This document shows, piece by piece, positions 11,741-24,737 of a DNA stretch of 64,000 nt. This DNA comes from Torpedo marmorata (Eukaryota): contig OZ360229.1 in the NCBI GenBank assembly GCA_977017645.1, positions 47,926,001 through 47,990,000 on the forward strand, read 5' to 3'. Numbering within the stretch: the first letter of the stretch is position 1; each line of letters begins with the position of its first letter. The notes beneath the pieces are model-generated. The model saw only the letters and a program-made list of their open reading frames with translations, was not told the DNA's origin and made no database searches. A program made the position numbers and the translations under genes.

Positions 11741-13114
11741 TTGTGCCAAGTAAAATACAAAGCCAATGAAATACAATTAGCATCCAACCAGAAGTTAAAA
11801 AATAGTGATATATACAAATTACTACGTGCAAATCAAAACAAGCACATTCAGCAAGCAAACAATTATAAAAGTACTGACAGTACAATGTGAGTGCAGTACC
11901 ACTCAGCACTGTGATTTAAGGTTCAGCAGGTCACAGCGTCAGGCAAAAAGCTCTTCTTGAGCCTGCTGGTTCGAGAGCGAAGGCTCCTGTGGCGCCTACC
12001 GGATGGAGGAAGAGTAAAAAGTCCATAGTTAGGGTAAGATGCATCCTTGATGATGCTCTTCGCTCTGCCCAGACAGCGTTCCTGATAGATGCTCTCAATG
12101 GTGGGCAAATGGATGCCAATAATCCACTGGACAGTTTTCACCACCCGCAGAAGTGCTTTCCGGTCCGATATAAGACAATTGCCATACCACACTGAGATGC
12201 CATAGGTAAGTATGCTCTCAATGGTACAGCAGTAAAAATCCATCAATATCCTGGGACAGAGGTGTACTTTCTTCATGCTCCGCAGAAAATAAAGGCGCTG
12301 TTGCACCTTTTTGATCAGAATAGAGGAGTTCAGGGACCAGGTGAGATCATCGGAAATGTGGACACCAAGGAATTTAAAGCTTGATACACGTTCAACCACA
12401 ACTCCATAGATGTAAATAGGGACATGAGTGTAGCTTCCAGCACGCCTGAAGTCCACAATGATCTCCTTGGTCTTCTGAGTGTTAAGTGCCAAATTGTTGT
12501 CGGCACACCATGCGGACAGGTGCTGAACCTCGTCCTTATAGGCCGTCTCATCATCCCCTCTGATCAGGCCAACCACTGTGGTGTCATCTGCGAACTTGAT
12601 TATGGAATTAGAACCATATACAGGAACGCAGTCATAGGTGAAAAGGGAATACAGGAGAGGGCTCAGCACACAGTCCTGGGGCATGCCGGTGCTCAAGGTG
12701 AGAATGGAAGAGAAAAGATTGTCTAACTTAACAGATTGGGGTCTGTTCATCAGAAAGTCCAAGGTCCAATTACAGAGGGATGAACTGATACCAAGCTGGC
12801 AAAGTTTGGCGATCAGTTTGGAGGGAATCACAGTATTGAATGCCGAACTGAAGTCAATAAACAGCATTCTGACATAAGAGTTGGAGCTCTCCAAGTGGGT
12901 CAAGGCAGAGTGAAGTGCCGTGGAAATGGCATCCTCAGTCGACCTGTTGATACGATAGGCAAATTGATGAGAGTCCAGGGTGATGGGCAAATAGGATTTC
13001 AAATGTGATAAAACCAGTCTCTCAAAGCACTTTGCAATGATGGGGGTGAGTGCAACTGGATAGAAGTCATTCAGACTCGTGGCGGTGGGACGCTTCGGCA
13101 CTGGCACGATGGTG
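11741..13114 (-). mobile_element. Rex1/Babar LINE with (TCTAA)n tail; its terminal tail is displaced to 10425-10458
   Basis: Uninterrupted 394-aa RT ORF 11923-13107 (FADDT); 3'UTR homologous to 32079-32304. Confidence 0.93.
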
Positions 13115-14029
13115 TCAATCTAGCACATATTTTAACGTTATTTTCCAAAATCCCGTAAGACACTTAGACTCAACATCTGACTTGGCAGCATAATTAAGTC
13201 TGAGAATTTCCCATCATATGGTAAGCATGCAAATCAAGGTGTTTTTTCTGTAAGAAAATGTGAATAATACTGCAGGACATGTTGCAGGAATGTTCCCTCT
13301 CAGCTTTACCTGTGACCATCAAACCACTGACTGTGATATAATGTTTTCAGCCTTCCACTGATTTCACCCTACAATTATGTGTAGATCATTCCTGTTGTAT
13401 GCTATTTGAAATATAGCAAAACTGATCACTTCCTGATATTATTGCTATTAAAAACAGTTATGTTGCATATTACACTAGCAGAAATTGCATGTTTAATCTT
13501 TTGTGTCAATCCAACAGCAAAGTTCATGGCTTCTATTAGACACTAACCCCTTCCAGGAGGTATAGCATCAATAACAGAGAAGCTTTGAAGACAACTGCTG
13601 CAGGGACATTTTGGCTTATTGAAAGAATATGGCTGGCAACAACTCAAAGCATTGGCAGTCTTCAGTCGAGCAGATCCATTGCATGATTTATGAAGCAAAT
13701 GTCCGTAGTGAAATTTGCTCCATAAAATGTAATCAGTGATTGGCTAAAAACATGAGACATCAAGATGAAGAGATAAAGCTGTGGCTGCTTGAGTTTGACA
13801 GAAGAGGTACATATCATGATTTCTGCTTTTTAAGACTGAGTAGAAAAATAAGATGGAAAAGCTTTTGAGTAATTGTTTCCCTATTTGTGAAGTTTGATGG
13901 GATTCAGCACAAAACCATGTTTACACCTTAACTTCAAATACAATAGGGGAATACGATGAATTCAGTACATAATGTTGATAAGTCAAGAAAACTTACTCTG
14001 GAAAACACCCTTGATCACAGGCATGTTGT

Positions 14030-15110
14030 TGACATGCTCAGTGGGTTTGCAGAAGACACTGAAATTGGCAGCACAATGGACAGTGATGAAGGTTATTGAA
14101 AATTATTAACTAAATCCAGCTCAACTGGAAAAATGAGCTAAGGAGTGCCAAATTTAAACTAGGACAAGTGCCATGTGCTGCTGTGATGTAACGTGTTGTA
14201 AGTTAAATCAAGATAGACCTACACAGAGAGTTTTACTGAACTGAGAGACCTAGGGTTTCCTAGGAGACAATGCATGAAGAGTGGTGAAGAAGATATTTAG
14301 CACACTTGTCTTTATCAGTGAGGGCATTGAGTACAAGAATTGGGACATCATGTTACCAGTGTAAAGATGTAATTGAGACCATACTTGGAGTATTATGTTT
14401 AACAAGAAAATCTGCAGATTCTAGGATCAAATGCAATACACAAATGGGCTGGCGAAACTCAGCAGGTCATGCAGTATCCATTGGAAATAAAAGGTAATCA
14501 ATGTTTCGGGCCTGAGCCCTTCGCCAAGAAGGAGAAAACAGGTTGATGCCTAAATAAAAAGAAAGGGGGAGGATGAGATGAGAAGAGGGAAGAAGGGGAA
14601 GGAACACAGGCAACAGGTAATAGGTGGATACAGGTGGGATACAGGTGGGAGGGTTGAAGAGAAAAAAGCTGAGAAGTGTTGGGGGATTGTGTATTGTATT
14701 GGAGTATTGTGTGCAGTCCTGTCACTAGTTGCAGGAAGGCTATCATCAAGCTGCAAAGAATGCAGAAACGGTTCACAAGGATGTCGCTGGAACTGGAGGT
14801 CTTGAGTTATAAGAGTCTGGGTCATTTTTCCTCTGAGTGTAGGAGGCTGAGGACTGATCTTAGATACAAAATAATGAGGGGCAGAGATAAAGTGAATGTT
14901 CAGTCTTTTTCCAGGGTAGGGGAGTCTAAATCTAGCAGGGAAAGATTTCAGGTGAAATGGGAAAGACTTAAAGGGAAATTGATGGACAACTTTATCACAC
15001 ACAGGGTGGTAAATATGTGGAATGATCTGCCACAGGAACTAGTAAGGACAGGTAAAATTACAACATTTAAAAGACATGTGGATAGGTACATGGCAAGGAA
15101 TGGTTTAGAG
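14030..15110 (+). mobile_element. CR1 LINE fragment interrupted at 14399-14698
   Basis: GTTTGCAGAAGACACTGAAATTGG (FA.DT); ORF 14676-15290 contains LQRMQKRFTRM and VVNMWNDLP. Confidence 0.85.
14399..14698 (-). mobile_element. Penelope-derived short element inserted in CR1
   Basis: GAAACTCAGCAGGTCATGCAGTATC; hammerhead-like TTGGCGAAGGGCTCAGGCCCGAAAC on minus; flanked by TTGGAGTATT(A/G)TGT at 14385-14398 and 14699-14712. Confidence 0.7.
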
Positions 15111-15160
15111 CAGTGGTTCTCAACCTTTTCAACCACAGATCACCTTAAGTATTCCTTTAC
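15111..15160. mobile_element. One end of a hAT/Charlie-like MITE
   Basis: CAGTGGTTCTCAACC terminus; matching opposite end not found. Confidence 0.5.
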
Positions 15161-16280
15161 GTATCGTGGCCCACAAATAACAAATACAACGACCATATTT
15201 TGGAGTGATGGGTGCGCACCTGTTGAGTTCAAGCCCCTTCCAAAACCACCAACAGGATTTTTGTTGTGTTTTGCTTGGAACATTTTTTGAGACCTTGCCA
15301 ATATCTGCTGTCAAACAGAAAGCAAGAACACATTCAAGACAGCCTTGGAGGAGCCCGAGTGAAGTCCAGTACAGGTATGGTTGACATCTGTGAAGAATTT
15401 TGGGGTTCACTTTACTGGAGCTAGAAGTGCAGGGTCAGGCTGGGTAGAGTTATGGGGAGTGAGGAAAAGCTTGTAAGAAGATCTGACCCAAGTATAATGA
15501 GGCTTTAAAACTTCAGTATTCTATGTGTTCAAACTTGATAGATTCATGCTCAATGGTTAGATCAATATTCTGTTTCCTCATCTTGTTCTCAGTTCTATTT
15601 GACCATATTTCAACCACCCTCTGGTCCTGTACAAAATGCTAGCCTCAGCTTCAAAGGATTAAATAGGCAACATAACTGAAGCATTGATGTTTTCTTTGCC
15701 AAAAATAAATATGCACCAATGAGATATGACAGAAAATAAATAGATTTATCAATCATCTTTTTTTTAAATAAAGGAAAGTTATGGAAACACAGAGGAGCTC
15801 AATTACCATCACGAGAACATAGGACTATTGTGATACTTCATCGGTAATAGTCACGCCTGATGACGAATTATACCCTCAGCAGTTACTCCTACAGATATGG
15901 ATGTTTTGTGAATACAAGATGAGAGAGGGAATGGAGAAACAGGCATTGGCACTTCCAGCCTCACAGATCTATTCCACCATTAAATTAATAATTGCGCACT
16001 CACCAAAAGCATTTTCAGACATCCTTTCAACCTAACTTGCCGGAGAGAAATCTTGCGGGATTATGAAGGGGTGTGAAATTGGGAAGGGTGCAAACTTCGG
16101 GAGGTACTCAGAATCACCTACTTGCCAACGAACCATTTGCAACCAGAGTGGGTCATTGACAGCATTTAAGAAGTGTCCAGGCAAACACTTGAATTGCTAA
16201 ATCATAGAGGGCTATGGACCAAGTGTAGAGTGATGGGTTTACGATGGAAGTGTGCCCATTTGTCGGTGTGCACGAGTTGT

Positions 16281-16544
16281 AAGGTAATAAAATTGATAGG
16301 CCTATCAATAAACACTCGAAGGCTATGAGCGTGAGTGAACCATAGGCTTTTATTACCTTAGAACTAAGCAGTACTTTCCAGCAGATCTGACCCGGACTGG
16401 AGGAGTGGCCGTGATACAGTGGCCTTTATTCAGGTGAGGAAAGGGGAGGGGTTACCTGGACACCCAAGGGAGGGGAGGGAGTAGACATCGGGACAGCCTG
16501 CAGTACATACCTACACCACAATACACAAACAGTGGTTTACCACA
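16281..16544 (-). mobile_element. LTR (Gypsy-like; TG...CA at 16544-16294) with 13 bp of adjacent internal sequence
   Basis: Minus strand starts TGTGGTAAAC and ends CCTATCA; two AATAAA motifs; possible TTGT duplication at 16277-16280 and 16545-16548. Confidence 0.7.
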
Positions 16545-17374
16545 TTGTCCATTGACAGTATAAAACCTGTACAAAAATCATGCTCTGGAGATCAGCTTTG
16601 ACTGGTCTCCTGATGCGCATCGGTTTTAATAAATCACCAGTTGTTTCAAACACCAACTCTGTGTGTTTTTTCTCTTTAATCCTATAGAACAACATGGCAA
16701 ATGATTTTCAACTGTTTAGCAGTGCAATGTAAAAATAATGTCAACATGACCATGAGGCAAATAAATATTCTCACTTGACATTTTGCATGCACCACCAAGT
16801 CATGATTGAATTTCATCAACAGCTAAATAAGCACAGGATGATCATACCACTGAACAGTACACGGCATTTGAAAGAGTGGGTAGCAACATGTGTACTTTAA
16901 CACGGCTCATTGAAACGTAAAATAACATCTCAATCACCCAGAAAAATAAACCCTGACGTCTTCACAAATGTATGGTACACTAGCAGCAGCTGTCTATTTG
17001 AAGCCTATAATATGCTTATTTACCCTGCTGTGGACACAAACATACACAAAGACCACCTTCAAGTTGTAATATATAAATCTATGAGAATGGAATTAAGGAT
17101 TGCATTGCAAAGATGCTCCACACAAGATGAAGTATAATAAAGTGCAATGAAATGTTTGAATCAATCATGTCAAAAGCTTTGCATAAGAGGACATCATATC
17201 TGAGGGTATCACATTAAAATAAGACATTAAAACCAGCAATTACCTTTTAGCTAATCAAGACAATAAATGTGAATGAACTCTGATTCATCTGTTAACTGCA
17301 AATGGGGACCAAAGAGCTAAAATTTCTAATTCAAGCCTAACAACTTTGAGTGTTTTCATGGAATAATCAACTTA

Positions 17375-18220
17375 TTCAAGATTCAAGATTCAATTTATTG
17401 TCACAGCAATAAGACAGTGTCATATACCACAAAATTTCTTTTTGCCTGCTGCAAGGCAGACAGATTTGCCATCGGCAGAAATTGCCTAAGCGCCTCTAAC
17501 ATTCCTTACAGTCAGAGAAAGAGAAGCAAAAGAGAGTCCCCCCAGAGTCACCGAGTGTCCATAGATTCGCCTCCAGCGCTTCCGCAGCCACACAAAGTCC
17601 AGTCCAAACGATCGGCATCCCGAGCTCCAGATCCGAACCTCCAACACGGTCAGGTTGCCCTCGGCACCCCCTCACATCCCGGTTCCGATACCTGGTACTC
17701 CTCCAGCCAGTTCGAGCCAACCTCCAGCAGTCCGCAGCCCATCGTGAGTCCCCCGACAGCAGTCTCCAGCAGCCCACAGCCTCCGCGGGTTCCTCGCCTC
17801 GAGTCGCTAGCAGCCCACCGCATGCACTGGTCCTTCAGCCTCAGAGCCCCTCACCGGTCCGCCGCTGTGCTCACCGTCCCGTGGGTCGTCTCCTCCGCTT
17901 CTCCTTCTCAGACGGGGGTGATCTTCCCGTCCACTGGTGCCCTGCTCCGGTCCCCTGCTTCCCCGGAGTCTGCAGCCCCTCGTGGCTGCTGCCGATTAAT
18001 AGGCGCTGCCATCTTGGGAGCAGACCCCGCGGTCGCGGGATCTCAAATAAAACCACTATCAGCTCCTTTAACGGGCCGTTCAAAGCCCGTGCGGAACCGA
18101 CGGCCGTCGACTGGGTGGCTGGACCCCGCGGGAGCGCTGTATCTCCGCTCCCACGCTCCTCGCGGGTCCGCACCAGCGGCAGCGCTGCCTCTACAGCGGC
18201 TCCGGCAGCGCCGTCATCTT
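17375..18220 (-). mobile_element. Apparently full-length GC-rich non-autonomous retroelement with Rex1-type tail
   Basis: Colinear with 34507-35355 end to end, same 5' start; TGACAATAAA plus (TCTTGAA)n tail. Confidence 0.85.
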
Positions 18221-19626
18221 CAGGTACGAATCAGAAGGTGCCGTAAAACAAGCAATAAATTGCTGAAATAATGCAGGTGAATTTCACCTTGGGGTGTCTT
18301 CAATTTTCATATCAATTAAGATCAAAATTACTAAATGATTGTTGTTGGGAGATTTCAATAAAGATGCCAATTTGTGCATGAAGTGTGACTCGAGTCAAGG
18401 TTCAGACATGCTTTCCCACTCAGATGCCCAGCAATTTCTTCTCAGGGGAATATTGTTCCCAAAACCATAACTAATATCAATACAGGAAAAAAAATCACAA
18501 ATATAATTAAAATGGCTGAATTAATGTGAAAAATACATAAAATACTTTTCTCTTCAGAAACCACACAAAGAACTCCTGTTGATTGATGAAGAACATTCTG
18601 AAAGCAATGCTGCGAATTTCCTCAGCTATTCTCAATTTTCCTGCATTAGCTTCATCAAGGAACCAAGCATGAAACATCTTCACTTGGGTGTGAGCGCCCT
18701 GACTGAGATCTGCTGCCCATTCCAACTGCAAGATAAATCTCAGAGACGAAAGAAGTTGGCGTTGCCAAAGTTACTATTAGCATGGACTATGCTACTTCTA
18801 GCTCGCAGTTCCAGTTATTTGCAGTCTCATCTTTCATTATCCAGGGATGTTGGAAGAAGATTAGTGAGTGCCTCCGTTTGAAGGCACCAAGCTACTTTTG
18901 ATTCTTTCTTATCGAAAAGCAGCAAAAGAAGTGAGCATGATGCTTTCGAAGATTACTGCATCATACTCAATGCTATTGAACACACAAGCAGCGTGGTGGA
19001 GCCAGAAGACAACTGAAATGTACTGCCACCAAAAGGAATTTTAATTGATCCATCTTGAGTGCAACCATAAGATGCAAGCCATGCAGGTCTTCAGGCTTCT
19101 CAATTTTAAAAAAAGACAGTGGCATTGGGGAAATAGGATATCATCACATTCTCTTGTTGCAACACTGCTGTTGATCCAAATCTCAGTAAAGGTCACCAGT
19201 TATGGTGAGAACTCTCCTCCACAAGGGTGGTGGTAAGGCCATTCAGCCTTGTCTAACCTGAAGTGGTCATTGCTCCTGCTTCTTGTCAAAAGGCATCTTG
19301 CCTGGAAAGAGGGGCAAAAGTGCCTCAGTGAGAACTGCACAAAATATATGGGTGATGTGGCGGGCAGGCCTTGAGGTGCCAGTGTGCTGGTCACATCACT
19401 GGTGCGAGTGAATTTATGAATGTTGGAGTATTTACCTGGACTAGTAGAGACTGTTGGTAAGTGAGCAATGGACACCTTTGAAGATGGTAATGCAGGTGGC
19501 AAGTTCTGCCATTTGAAGACCCTGACCACTGGTGTGAAATCTGTGAATGCCAGTTCCTTGACACATGGCATCGATTGCCATAGCTATCTACTAGTTTCAG
19601 CATGCCAGTAAGCAAGAGAGATTACA

Positions 19627-20545
19627 TTTCAAGTTTATTGTCACATGTACCAAGGTGCAATTATTGACGTTGTTTGGCGAGAAGACCAATAGTACAAACA
19701 ACAGTAGTACAAGCAGAGTTAGATTAGTTGGTACATGACAAAGTTGCTACATAGTGTTGCTACATAGCAAAGGCAATATTTTACTATTTTGTGGCTCATT
19801 CAGGAGCCTGATGACAGCGGCAAAGAAACTGTACTCGAATCTGGTGGTGTGTGATCTCATACTTGCGAATTTTCTACCTAATGGGAGGGGAGGTGAAGAA
19901 AGTGTGGCCAGGGTGGGATTAGTCCTTGAATACATCGGCTGTTTTGCCAAGGCAGTGGGAGTTACAGACAGAGCTGATAAAGGGGAGGGAGGTATGTGAG
20001 ATGTCCTGAGCTATGTTCACAACACTGCAATTTTTTTGTGGTCTTGGGCAGAGCAGTTCCTGTACCACACAGTGATGCACCCTGATAGGATGCTTTCAAT
20101 AGTGCACCTGTAGAAGTTGTTTAGGGATACTGGTGTCATTCCGAATTTCGTCAGACTACTGAGCAACCAGAGGCACTGGTGCACTTTCTTGTCCATTGCA
20201 TTGACGTGGGTAGGCCAGCAAAGGTCACTGGAGATGTTTATCCCTTGAAACTTTAAGCTGTCTACTATCTCCACCTCAGCACTGTTACATTACATTCTTC
20301 TTTGGCACTGATAGCAACATCTTGAAGTAGGTGGGTGCTTCAGGTTGTTGGAGAGAGAGGTTAAAGAACACAGCCACCAGGTGGTCTGCACAGGCACAGA
20401 GGATCTGTCCAGGGACTGTCTGGTACAGTTGCTTTCCATGGGTTCACTCTCCAGACATCTGCAGTGATGGCCATGGGATGTCATTTGCAAGGTTGGCATG
20501 CTGCATGCATGGACTGGATGGGCACCTCTGCCACAGCCCCGAGAT
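19627..20545 (-). mobile_element. Older Rex1/Babar LINE fragment
   Basis: NFYRCTIESILSGCITVWY; GTGACAATAAACTTGAA tail. Confidence 0.85.
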
Positions 20546-20885
20546 TGCTGACATTACATTGGTAAACCAAATTACCAGCACAGTTCATGCAAAAGGATTT
20601 TCTCATTCTATGTATTTTCAGGTGATGAGGATACACTTTAAAATAAACACACAAAATGGCTAAGAAAAGCTTGTTCATAATATTATATTTTACTGACAAA
20701 TTATAAGTAATGGAAAACAACACGAATGTTTTTCAATTTGGGCAAGTTACTGAAAAGAGATACCTCGCTATCATAAAATACAACACTGCAAGGCACCAAA
20801 ACAAAGAAATCATTGAGGTATTTGTTCAGGTTTTGATTTGCAATTGGGGTGCAACAGTCCTTTAACTGCCATGTATATTAGTGTA

Positions 20886-21137
20886 AATTTAAATTTTTTT
20901 TTAGACATACAGCACAGTAACAGGCCCTTCCAGCCCACAAGCCTGTGCCATCCAATTACACCCAATTAAGCTCCAACCCCCATACGTTTTGGAGGGTGGG
21001 AGGAAACCGGAGCACCCAGAGGACACCCACACAGACACGGGGAGAATATACAAACTCCTGATACAGCTCCGGATCTGAACCCAAGTCACTGGCGTTGTAA
21101 CATCGTTGCGCTAACTGCTACGCTAACCCTGCCGCCT
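20886..21137 (-). mobile_element. V-SINE, full length
   Basis: Reverse-complement homologue of 9235-9495 with B-box GGGTTCAGATCC. Confidence 0.88.
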
Positions 21138-21556
21138 TTCGATTCTTCTTCCCTGAAGTCAAAATCAGAAAAGTGCTGATTGAGAAACTACCGATTCAAA
21201 AACTGCTTCCAAATTCCCAGACATTTCAGAAGATTTGACAACTCAAGATCTGCACCTGCAAGGATCGACAAGGTAGTAAAAAAGTATGTCAATCATTTCC
21301 GCTATGTGTGGCAGATATTAAAAGTTCATTTATTCACTGGTGTTGATGTGAAAGACAGAAAGTAAGCACTGTTTATGACTAAATTAAATTATATAAATTC
21401 TCTACAATAATTCAAAATGTATAATTTATAACAGTAACTTGTATCTTGTGCACAAAATCAGAGTGTACCTTTGAAATTCACTAAAAAAATATTTTCCTTA
21501 AACTTCTATGTCATTATCATAAAGTTAATAAAATATTCTGGATCACATACTTTTAT

Positions 21557-21631
21557 TGCACTATGATGCTGCCGCAAAACACCGAATTTCATGACTTGTT
21601 CATGACAATAAATTCTGATTCTGATTCTGAT
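21557..21631 (+). mobile_element. Extremely 5'-truncated Rex1 tail ((TCTGAT)n family)
   Basis: Matches the reverse complement of 10459-10533; GATCACA occurs at both flanks (21541 and 21629). Confidence 0.85.
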
Positions 21632-22129
21632 CACAAATAGAATTATTCACACTAATAGATTCATTGGACTATTTATGACAGAATAATATAAAGTATGACC
21701 AACCACTTTATGAACTCGGTTAAAATTAGCAGTGATAGAGGTTTGCATCCAGAACTGGCTCCTTGTTAATTATTCACTCAGGAAATGCGTATAATACATT
21801 CAGTTCAGAAGATTTCAGAGCCAGGACATTTTCTTTCTTCGGCTTCAGATAAATCTGACAGATGGATAATCTGTCTGATATGCAGCTGAACATGAACAAG
21901 TTTCTCTGCATCATTCGAGTCATCCTTCCAGAGGCTTGCTTAAAATTAGAATACATTTTTTTAATGCAGATTGTATTTCATATGTTATAGGAACTGGAGC
22001 ATTTTATTTGAGCTCACACCGCCAATCAATAACATGGTTGATCTTATCTTGGCCTTACTCGCATCATACTTTATTCCTTTCATGTCAAAACAAAATTCCA
22101 CAATAATTTCACTTGACAATAATTCTTAG

Positions 22130-22503
22130 CAGTAAAGACTCACAAAACTTTCAGGAAATTATTCCTCATGTCAGACTTAAATAGCTGACCCCTTACTCCA
22201 AGCCCATGATTGATAATTCCAGATTTCCCCATGAGAAGAAACATTCCTTCAGCATCTATCCTGTCTCGTCCCTTCAGGATCCTCCATATCCTATTCATAT
22301 GTCTGATTCTTCATGGAATACGGGCCCAATCTGCAGATTTTTTTTGTTCCTCACAAGATCACCACTTCTTCCATCAAATCAATTCTGTTCACCTACTCTG
22401 CAGTGTCTTCAAGGCAATTTAAACATACATACAGCATGGTAACAGGCCATTTCGGCCCACAAGCCCGCGCTGATCACCCAATTACACCCAATCAACCTAC
22501 GTA
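22130..22503 (-). mobile_element. Old CR1 fragment (~22130-22410) followed by a V-SINE 3' fragment (22417-22503)
   Basis: AAACATTCCTTCAGCATCTATCCTGTC; CATACAGCATGGTAACAGGCC. Confidence 0.65.
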
Positions 22504-23309
22504 ATGATAATCTTCCTTTATAAAAGGAGACTGAAGCTCTGTGCTGGGCTTCAGGTGTAATCTCATCAATGCCCTGAACACTTGTCGCAAGGCATTCCAA
22601 ATTCCAGTAACAAAAACAAGAAATGTCATGAACACTCAGCAGGTCAGGCAGTGTTTGTGGAAAGAAGCAAAGCTAATATTTCAGGTTCTAAACCCTTTGT
22701 CAGAATAGGGATGGAGAGAAACCAAGTCAGCTTTCGCTTGCAGAGAAGGTAGTGGCGGAACAGGTAGAGAAAACACAATGTAGCTGAGACCAAATGGGTT
22801 AATGTGGCAGTCCAAAGTATATTCTACCTTCTTCTTTGTGTTATGTGTGACTAATATCATGGACATGACCACCAACCCATGCAAGAGAAATAGAGATGAA
22901 AAAACAAACTACACTTTTGTACCATCTGCCTTGAAGTGAAGTCCAAGAATGAAGTAGCAGGACAAATGAGATGCACACAAGTCCCTCAGCTTTCAGAAAC
23001 ACCTTCAGAGGATTTGTTGAAAGAGGGCATGGTAAGATGCGTAATCCTGTAACCCAGACATGGAAGATACATCTCAAACATATGACCCGGGCATGAAGGT
23101 GCGAGTTCTGTCAGGAGTAGTAGCCGTGTCAGAGCCCAGAGACAAGACCTAAAATGGCTTTATGACTTCACACAAAAGAGTTGTGTTTTTCACGTATCAA
23201 TTTCTTTCTGGAAAAGATTATATCACTTCAATAATATGTAGTAAGTGGGAGATCAAGGTAGCCTCAAAGGCTGTCAAAGCAGACCATTCGGCAGAACATG
23301 AACTTGCCT

Positions 23310-24050
23310 CTGAAATATTGTTTCATTAACTAATTTCTGCAGCATTTATTGCTGCTGCTCAGTCTTCTGGCTCTGTCCACCTCCCCTAATTCTTGGTCAT
23401 CAACAGATTCCTTAAAATCTGCTCTGCTGCATCCATCTCCAATGTACTTAGCATTAAGGGGTTGTGCAGGATATAGCATGCTATAATAATGTGAGATATT
23501 TTGTTGGAGCCACATTGAAGGGTCCCTGTTTTATAAAAGACATTTGAAACTTGGCTTCAATGGCCCAAATGTACACTCTGATGAGTAGCGGATTGAACAG
23601 CTTTCCTCTGATTTGGCATGGATGGAGTGTGTGTATGAGAGGGCAGGTCTGTTAGATGTCCAAGTTTCATTGCTTTTTCCAGCAAAAGGAGATCAGCAGT
23701 AATCACACACTGATGGACTGAGGGTAATTTTTGCTCACAAAAGCTCCTGGATTGTCATTTGGTGCCTCAACAGCCACATAATTGGTGCCCCAAACACACA
23801 TAATTCAAAGCTGGGTTTGCAGTTTCTAGATCAGTCACAATCTGCCTGTTCACATCCCCAAGGAAAGAGATGTGCTGGTTTTCTCTAGAAATGAGGACCA
23901 TAGTGACCTGATTGACGTGGCTGAGATGCTCAGACTTGAAGGTACAGATTCTGCAATTATCCAAATGGCCCATCTGTTCCCCATTCTGGTGATGAGGTTG
24001 TAACTGCTGTTCCTGCTTCTGCTTTGCCTTCAACCGATTGTCCATCAAAA
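23310..24050 (-). mobile_element. Decayed PIF/Harbinger (HARBI1-like) transposase
   Basis: Colinear frameshifted minus-strand blocks: VNQVTMVLISRENQHISF, NYVAVEAPNDNPGAFVSKNYPQSISV, ECTFGPLKPSFKCL, TLQCGSNKISHIIIACYILHN. These match Harbinger motifs THVAI.AP...FVNRKG.HSINVQ, ERT.G.LK.RFRCL, LQY.P.K..HII.AC..LHN. Confidence 0.78.
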
Positions 24051-24177
24051 GACATGGCAGCCATGGGAAACAGCACTTAATCAGGGCAACTGAAACCACA
24101 GAAGCATGCAATCGCCAAGTTCAAAAATTGGAGGAATCAACAGTAAAAGGCAGAAGATATTTGCTTGTGTTATCCAT

Positions 24178-24737
24178 TTGAACATAGAACATTACAGCAC
24201 AGTACAGGCCCTTTGACCCACAATGTTATGCCGACCCATATATACCTACCAAAAAAAAAGACTAAACCTGCCACCTCATAACCCTCTATTTTTCCTTCAT
24301 CCATGTGCCTGTCTAAGAGTCTGTAAAATACCCCCATTGTTCCAGTCTCCACCACCATCCCTGGCAATGCATTCCAGGCACCCACAACTCTGTGTGAAAA
24401 ACTTACCCCTGATGTCTGCCCTAAAGGTTCCTCCCTTCACTTTGTACAGATGTCCTCTGGTGTTTGCTACTCCCAGCCTTGGAAAAAGGTGCTGACTGTC
24501 TACATTATCTATGCTTCTCAAAATCTTGTAGATCTCGATTAAGTCACCTCTCATCCTTTGTCACTCCAAAGAGAAAAGTCCTAGCTCTGCTAACCTTGTC
24601 TCATAAGACATATTTTCCAATCCAGACAACATCCTGGTAAATCTCCTCTGCACCCTCTTCATAGCTTCCATATCCTTCCTGTAATGACGTGACCAGAACT
24701 GAACACAATATTCTTAGTGTGGTCTTACCAGAGATTT
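24178..24737 (-). mobile_element. CR1 LINE 3' end
   Basis: RGDLIEIYKIL...TRGHLYK...FFTQ, GAWNALP; (GAACATA)n-type tail. Confidence 0.9.

Noticed and set aside
17417-18271. 284-aa ORF (and the 181-aa ORF at 34902-35447)
   Set aside because: Antisense to the GC-rich repeat, non-ATG start, low complexity. The second copy has a stop at 34902, so the frame is not conserved.
21806-21938. Possible minus-strand terminal exon SLWKDDSNDAEKLVHVQLHIRQII...
   Set aside because: Weak acceptor, no recognisable homology and no linked exons.
23330-23525. Apparent terminal exon DPSMWLQQNISHYYSML...
   Set aside because: An alternative frame matches the Harbinger transposase C-terminus.
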